Of a stretch of 54,246 bases of DNA, positions 48,761 through 54,246 are shown piece by piece. This DNA is from Hormoscilla sp. (GTDB lineage: Bacteria > Cyanobacteriota > Cyanobacteriia > Cyanobacteriales > Desertifilaceae). Each line of letters begins with the position of its first letter. Position 1 is the first letter of the stretch. Made by a program: the position numbers and the translations under genes. Location: NCBI GenBank assembly GCA_051439505.1, contig JBFRWI010000092.1, positions 1 through 54,246 of the forward strand. Direction: 5' to 3'. Under the pieces are notes generated by a model. The model searched no databases, was not told the origin of the DNA, and worked only from the letters and a program-made list of their open reading frames with translations.

Positions 48761-48839
48761 GTGGATGGTGGGCGGTGCCCACCCTACGAAATATCCCAAT
48801 TGTTATCGGGGCTATTTTCCATTCTCCATTCTCGATTCG

Positions 48840-49088
48840 CTATTCGCAATTAACAATTTGCATTTCCTGTAACGTTTGCCAACCAGGTTGCCAGATCGAT
48901 CGATCTTTAAGCTGTTGAGCATTCAACCAGAAACGCACGGAGGGGTCGCAGGAAGCCACCATTTCTGCGAACACCCATTTCCCTTCATTTTTACGATTAA
49001 CTACCTGAAAATGTCGCCAACCCCAAGTTGTTTGCCGAGCAGTCCATTTAGAACCAACTAGGTGAGGAAACTTTTGTTTTTTAGGCAT
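48840..49088 (-). CDS. TIGR02450-family Trp-rich protein
   Basis: [15 protein letters not shown] and [11 protein letters not shown]. Confidence 0.88.
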   Translation of the reverse strand: MPKKQKFPHLVGSKWTARQTTWGWRHFQVVNRKNEGKWVFAEMVASCDPSVRFWLNAQQLKDRSIWQPGWQTLQEMQIVNCE

Positions 49089-49108
49089 CGCTATCCACTT
49101 AGCTAAGA

Positions 49109-49693
49109 CTACTTTTTGCGGCGGGCCATGAGTTTTGCCGCCAGCACTCCACCGATAAAGCCAAATAGATGACCTTCCCAGGATATTCCCACCTGTCCCG
49201 GCAAGACGCCAGCAATCAGACTACCATAGAAGAAAGCCACAACTACCGAGAAAAAGATGGCGGTAAAGCTGCGTTCAAAATAGCCCCGTAGCAGCAGAAA
49301 ACCCAGATAACCGAAGATCACCCCACTGGCACCAATGTGAAGTCCCGGGGCACCAAATAGCCAGACTCCCAACCCACTCACTATCGCTGTGATCACGGTA
49401 ACGATCAAAAAATCGCTAGTTTCTTGCAGCATAATAAACCAGCCCAGTGTCAGAAAAGGGATAGTATTAGCGATGAGGTGAGGAAAATTTCCGTGGAGAA
49501 AAGGCCCAAACAGAATACCCCGCAGTCCCGTCGGGTTACGGGGTATAATCCCGTAAATATCCAGTCCTCTACTCCCCGAGAAAAAAAGCTGGTCGATAAT
49601 TTCTACGATCCAGAAAATCGCCACTAAGCTACCGAGGATGGCAACTTGGGTTTTGAGTTCGCTGGCGATCGAGTTAGTTTCTTCATTGCTCAT
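49109..49693 (-). CDS. Rhomboid intramembrane serine protease
   Basis: PFLHGNFPHLIAN, HIGASG and SWEGHLFG. Confidence 0.94.
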   Translation of the reverse strand: MSNEETNSIASELKTQVAILGSLVAIFWIVEIIDQLFFSGSRGLDIYGIIPRNPTGLRGILFGPFLHGNFPHLIANTIPFLTLGWFIMLQETSDFLIVTVITAIVSGLGVWLFGAPGLHIGASGVIFGYLGFLLLRGYFERSFTAIFFSVVVAFFYGSLIAGVLPGQVGISWEGHLFGFIGGVLAAKLMARRKK

Positions 49694-49757
49694 TGATCTA
49701 TCTCATGCACGTAAGCATGGTATATTTCTAGGTTAAATCTATTTTAAGATCCCAGTA

Positions 49758-51524
49758 TCAGATCTGGGCTGCATGTTTCGAGAAATAAGCCTCAAATATT
49801 TTTTGCGTGATCGGGAGAGCGCCAACGCTGCCATAACCGCCATTTTCCACCACCACAGCGATGGCGATTTCCGGGTCGCTGACCGGTCCATAGGCAACAA
49901 ACACGGCATGATCGGTTTGTCCGACCACTTCCGCAGTCCCGGTTTTACCAGCGGTGGGGGGAATAGTACCATCATTCAACCTGCGTCCCGTGCCATATTC
50001 TACCACAGCCATCAGGCCCTCACGAATCGTTGCCAAAGTTTCCCGAGCCATACCCGTAGGTTCCGGTTCAGTAGCGATTGTATGAGTTTGAGCAGTCAAC
50101 AGATGGGGTTTGACTCGCCAACCGCCATTAGCGATACTGGCCACCATCACTGCTAACTCCAAGGGTGAAGCCAAAACCAGTCCCTGACCGATTGACATAC
50201 TGACAGTATCCCCTAGATACCAAGGTTCGCCATAAATTTTTTCTTTGCGATCGGGTGTCGGGACAGAACCCGGACGTCCGCCTTGTAACCCTAAAAGCTG
50301 GAGATCTGTTGTGCCAATGCCCAGGCGACTGGCCCAATGAGAAATCTGTTCTGGCCCAGTTGACATCCCTACCTGATAAAAAAAGGTATTGCTACTAAAG
50401 GCAAAAGCATCGCGAAAACCGATCGCGCCATAACCGCCGCTATGTTCGTGGAAGCGAATGCCGCCAACAGTGATATAGTCAGAAGTCCAGAGAGTAGAAT
50501 ATGGGGAAAACTTGCCCGACTCCATAGCTGCAACAGCAGTAACAATCTTAAACGTACTGCCCGGAGGATAGCCGTTTATTGCGCGATTCAAAAATGGCTG
50601 TTCGGGACTCTGGAGATGCTGCCAGTCCGCTGATCTCATCCTGCCCGTGAACATATTCGGGTCAAAACTCGGTCCCGAAGCGATCGCCAAAACTTCTCCA
50701 GTTTTTACATTTAGGGCTACTACCCCACCACGCTTTCCCTTCAGGGCTGTTTGGGCAACGGTTTGCAAGTCCAAGTCCAGAGTCAACTGCACGGAATTTC
50801 CCGGGGTAGGAAGACGAATTCCTAACTCGCCAAATTCCTTACCTCTGGCATTTACCTCCAATATCCGTTTGCCCCAGACACCTTGCAGGCGATCGTTCGC
50901 TAATTTTTCTACTCCCATTCTACCAACCATTGCGCCCATTGGGTATTCCCGATGAGCTTTTAGTTCTGCCAAGCTAGCTTCGCCAATATATCCTAGAACG
51001 TGACTGGCAACGTCGTGAGGATAGTAGCGGATAGATTCTGCACGCATTTCCACCCCCGGAAAACCGATCTCCGACAGGGCCAAGTAACCCTCCTCTCCGA
51101 TATCCGGATGGATCCGCACGGGCAGGGGCGAGTTATAACCTGCCCCTGCCAATTTTGCCAGAATCTCATCGGCAGGCAGATCCAGTATCGGACTCAATTG
51201 GATCGCTTTCACTTGCCATTGTGCTCGGGTATATTCCTGAGGCCACAAATATACTGCCCGAGACAAACGATGAGTAGCTAATATTCTCCCTTCCCGATCG
51301 AGTATATCACCCCGTTGCGGAGCAATTGGCACTTGGCGGATGCGATTAACTTCTGCTCTGCTACGGTAATACGCGCCTTGAATTAACTGCAACTGGGCCA
51401 GACGGAAACCAAAAGCCCCCATCAAATATGTGATCGATAGCATTAACAGCAATGCCCTCGGCGATCGCTCTTTCATCAGATTAGCAAAGCGGTTGGGCGC
51501 CAATAATGAAATTACTCTCTCCAT
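49758..51524 (-). CDS. mrdA: Penicillin-binding protein 2
   Basis: RGDILDR, RYYP, LTLDLDLQ, PGSTFK (SxxK), SSN and GKTGTAE. The start is uncertain. Confidence 0.92.
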   Translation of the reverse strand: MERVISLLAPNRFANLMKERSPRALLLMLSITYLMGAFGFRLAQLQLIQGAYYRSRAEVNRIRQVPIAPQRGDILDREGRILATHRLSRAVYLWPQEYTRAQWQVKAIQLSPILDLPADEILAKLAGAGYNSPLPVRIHPDIGEEGYLALSEIGFPGVEMRAESIRYYPHDVASHVLGYIGEASLAELKAHREYPMGAMVGRMGVEKLANDRLQGVWGKRILEVNARGKEFGELGIRLPTPGNSVQLTLDLDLQTVAQTALKGKRGGVVALNVKTGEVLAIASGPSFDPNMFTGRMRSADWQHLQSPEQPFLNRAINGYPPGSTFKIVTAVAAMESGKFSPYSTLWTSDYITVGGIRFHEHSGGYGAIGFRDAFAFSSNTFFYQVGMSTGPEQISHWASRLGIGTTDLQLLGLQGGRPGSVPTPDRKEKIYGEPWYLGDTVSMSIGQGLVLASPLELAVMVASIANGGWRVKPHLLTAQTHTIATEPEPTGMARETLATIREGLMAVVEYGTGRRLNDGTIPPTAGKTGTAEVVGQTDHAVFVAYGPVSDPEIAIAVVVENGGYGSVGALPITQKIFEAYFSKHAAQI

Positions 51525-51924
51525 GTTAAATATCGGGATTTTTAATTTTTCCCTTTCCAAATCTATTTTTCTTTACTCTTTGAGTCTTTCTGCTTCCGGA
51601 ATGTTCCCAGAACAGCAGTAATTATTATTAACTACTCTGCTTTCCGTAATAAGAGTTAATAATTTTGTATCTTTAATCTATTTAATTAGATTGTGCCAAT
51701 TAATTTGGCAACCAAACAGTTAACAGCGGCAGCCCGATCGCCAATAATTAAAAAACCCGGTTTTCTGCTCATACCGGGTTTTTGGGTTACTTTTTAATTT
51801 TGAGCGGGCGATCGCCACTCCCCAGACCCCGCCTCACAATATTCACTGAGGCATAAAGTATTATATAGTACAACACAAATAAGTATATAAGTGGCGCTCC
51901 GATCGTATCATTAGTTATAATAAA

Positions 51925-51942
51925 GTTACAAATGTTAACAAA
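51925..51942 (+). promoter_or_regulatory. HLR1-like (RpaB) site upstream of flv3
   Basis: GTTACAAA-TG-TTAACAAA has one mismatch to (G/T)TTACA(T/A)(T/A)-N2-(G/T)TTACA(T/A)(T/A). Confidence 0.55.
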
Positions 51943-52055
51943 ATGCCATAATTAGAGAAACGGGTGACGAGCGCTCGGGCGATCGCAGGGAAAAGGAACC
52001 TCACGCCCTCGGAAGATCGCCGGTCATCAGTCAGCAAGATAAACGGGAGAAGACT

Positions 52056-53804
52056 ATGATCGCCTTGGCGGAAAGAACGGCAACAAAAGAAACAACGAAG
52101 AAGCGCCTGACGATAGAAACGACGGTGGAGATCGCGGCAGAGACGACAGCGATACGATCGCTGGACTGGGACCGCGATCGGTTCGACATTGAGTTTGGGC
52201 TGCAAAACGGCACTACCTACAACTCGTACTTGATCCGGGGCGAGAAGGTAGCCCTAGTTGATACGTCTCATGCCAAGTTTCGGCAAATGTATTTAGACAC
52301 CCTCACGGGTATCATCGACCCGGCCCAGATTGATTACCTGATTATCAGCCACACGGAACCAGACCACAGCGGTTTGGTAAAAGATGTGCTGGAACTGGCT
52401 CCCCAGGCGACGGTAGTCGGGGCCAAAGTGGCCATTCAGTTTCTGGAAAATTTGATTCATACCCCATTTAAGAGTCAAATTGTCAAGAACGGAAACAAGC
52501 TGGATTTGGGTAACGGTCACGAGCTGGAATTCGTGTCTGCTCCCAATTTGCACTGGCCGGACACCATCTTTACCTACGATGCCAAAACCCAAATGCTCTT
52601 TACCTGCGATGCTTTTGGCATGCATTACTGTTCTGACAGCACCTACGACGAGGACTTGAGTGCGATCGAACCAGATTACCGATTTTATTATGAGTGCTTG
52701 ATGGCTCCTAATGCCCGATCGGTCCTGAGTGCGATGAAGCGGATGAAGGCACTGCCAGAAATAACTACCATTGCTACGGGCCACGGACCCCTGCTGCGTT
52801 ATAATTTGGTGGAACTCACCGGTCGTTACGAGCAGTGGAGCAAGGAACAAACTAAGGCCGAGAAGACTGTAGCTGTATTTTATGTCTCGGATTACGGCTA
52901 TAGCGATCGCCTCTCTCAAGCGATCGCCCATGGCATCACCAAGACTGGCATTGCTGTAGAAATGCTAGACCTGCGATCGGCAGATATCCAAGAAGTCCGG
53001 GAACTGACGGAGATGGCAGCAGGGCTTGTCATTGGTGCGCCGCCAGTATCGGGTGAGGTTGGGGCGGAAGCTGAGGCGGCAATCAATACCATCTTAGCAG
53101 CGGCTTCCAAGAAGCAAACCGTGGGTTTATTTGAGACAGGCGGTGGCGATGATTTATCTGTCTATCCCCTGCGGAACCAGTTCAAAGAACAGGGGCTCAA
53201 AGAAGCATTTCCCAGTATTCTGATCAAGGAAACTCCCACAGATGGGACTTACAAACTCTGTGAAGAAGCGGGGACAGATATGGGACAATGGCTGGGTCTC
53301 AAGAAGGCTATTAAACAGATGAAGTCCCTCGATAGCGACTTGGATAAAGCCTTGGGACGCCTCAGCGGTGGTTTGTACATTATTACGGCCCAGAAGGGTG
53401 AAGTCAACAGCGCCATGCTAGCCTCTTGGGTAACCCAGGCCAGTTTTGAGCCCTTGGGGTTGACTATTGCTGTTGCCAAAGACCGGGCGATCGAAGCTTT
53501 GATGCAAGTGGGGGATAGCTTCGTGCTCAACGTGCTAGCTGAGGATAACTATCAAGCATTGATGAAGCACTTTTTGAAACGTTTTCCCCCAGGGGCCGAT
53601 CGCTTTGCCGGGGTAAAAACCCAACCTGCCAAAAATGGCAGTCCCATTCTATCAGATGCACTGGCCTATCTAGAATGCGAAGTGGTGAGTCGGATGGAAT
53701 TGACCGACCATCACATTGTATATTCCCAGGTAGAGTTAGGTCGGGTCTCCAACCCCGATGCCCTGTCAGCAGTTCACCATCGTAAGGTGGGCAATCATTA
53801 CTAG
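52056..53804 (+). CDS. flv3: Flavodiiron protein (class C, Flv3 type)
   Basis: RSLDWDRDRFDIEFGLQNGTTYNSY, HTEPDHSG and HWPD, followed by flavodoxin and flavin-reductase domains ending HHRKVGNHY. Confidence 0.9.
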   Translation: MIALAERTATKETTKKRLTIETTVEIAAETTAIRSLDWDRDRFDIEFGLQNGTTYNSYLIRGEKVALVDTSHAKFRQMYLDTLTGIIDPAQIDYLIISHTEPDHSGLVKDVLELAPQATVVGAKVAIQFLENLIHTPFKSQIVKNGNKLDLGNGHELEFVSAPNLHWPDTIFTYDAKTQMLFTCDAFGMHYCSDSTYDEDLSAIEPDYRFYYECLMAPNARSVLSAMKRMKALPEITTIATGHGPLLRYNLVELTGRYEQWSKEQTKAEKTVAVFYVSDYGYSDRLSQAIAHGITKTGIAVEMLDLRSADIQEVRELTEMAAGLVIGAPPVSGEVGAEAEAAINTILAAASKKQTVGLFETGGGDDLSVYPLRNQFKEQGLKEAFPSILIKETPTDGTYKLCEEAGTDMGQWLGLKKAIKQMKSLDSDLDKALGRLSGGLYIITAQKGEVNSAMLASWVTQASFEPLGLTIAVAKDRAIEALMQVGDSFVLNVLAEDNYQALMKHFLKRFPPGADRFAGVKTQPAKNGSPILSDALAYLECEVVSRMELTDHHIVYSQVELGRVSNPDALSAVHHRKVGNHY

Positions 53805-53813
53805 AATACCCCC

Positions 53814-54246
53814 GTTCGTAGTAAGACACACTTTACGGCTTCCGGGTTCGTAGTAAGACACACTTTACGGCTTCCGGGTTCCATCACCACCAACAGGCGA
53901 TCGCACCCATCACCAAAAACAAACGATCGGGATATCTGTAGGGGCACGGCATCGACAAATCACAACCATCACCGACAAGATTTATATCGCCGTGCCCCGG
54001 CCCCACCCGAATATTACCGCCGATCGCATTCACCACCAACGGGCGATCACATCCATATTGATCGCATCCACCACCAATGGGCGATCACACCCATCACCAA
54101 AAACAAACGATCGGGATATCTGTAGGGGCACGGCATCAACTTGCATCACAACCATCACCGACAAGATTTATATCGCCGTGCCCCGGCCCCACCCGAATAT
54201 TACCGCCGATCGCACCCATCACCAAAAACAAACGATCGCCCATATC
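53814..54246. repeat. Composite repeat region: 32-bp direct repeat x2 and ~185-bp units with GTAGGGGCACGGC...GCCGTGCCCC hairpins
   Basis: GTTCGTAGTAAGACACACTTTACGGCTTCCGG occurs twice and CCCATCACCAAAAACAAACGATCG three times. Confidence 0.85.

Noticed and set aside
51905..51918. NtcA site upstream of flv3
   Set aside because: GTA-N8-TAT does not match GTA-N8-TAC, and the HLR1 reading fits better.

Overview
This is a 54-kb window from a filamentous cyanobacterium, probably Oscillatoriales-like. The taxon is inferred from very dense HIP1 GCGATCGC sites, heptamer STRRs, psbP, flv3, COP23 and Uma2 genes. The left end carries a type II restriction-modification pair: an XhoI/PaeR7I-family REase and an SPPY-type MTase. 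The most interesting region is 1.8-14.9 kb. It holds an operon of Rieske oxygenase, alpha-oxoamine synthase (SPT/BioF fold with atypical motifs), YghO/bCerS-like GNAT and SDR reductase. Nearby are a GH3 amido-synthetase, a JmjC hydroxylase, an MFS transporter and a DevC/DevA-like ABC exporter. Together these look like an uncharacterised ceramide-like or amino-lipid pathway. The rest of the window holds a secreted Cys-rich tandem-repeat protein, a pseudo-orthocaspase, an M23/COP23/trypsin-protease group, housekeeping genes (rpmF, cutA, carotenoid oxygenase, rtcB, maf, psbP, mrdA, flv3) and several pseudogenes (bestrophin, Uma2, DUF29, two decayed toxin-antitoxin pairs, an isochorismatase fragment). 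It also contains a 21-bp tandem array and many REP/MITE-like repeats. No tRNA, rRNA or CRISPR array was seen. All family calls come from motif recognition by eye, not database searches.
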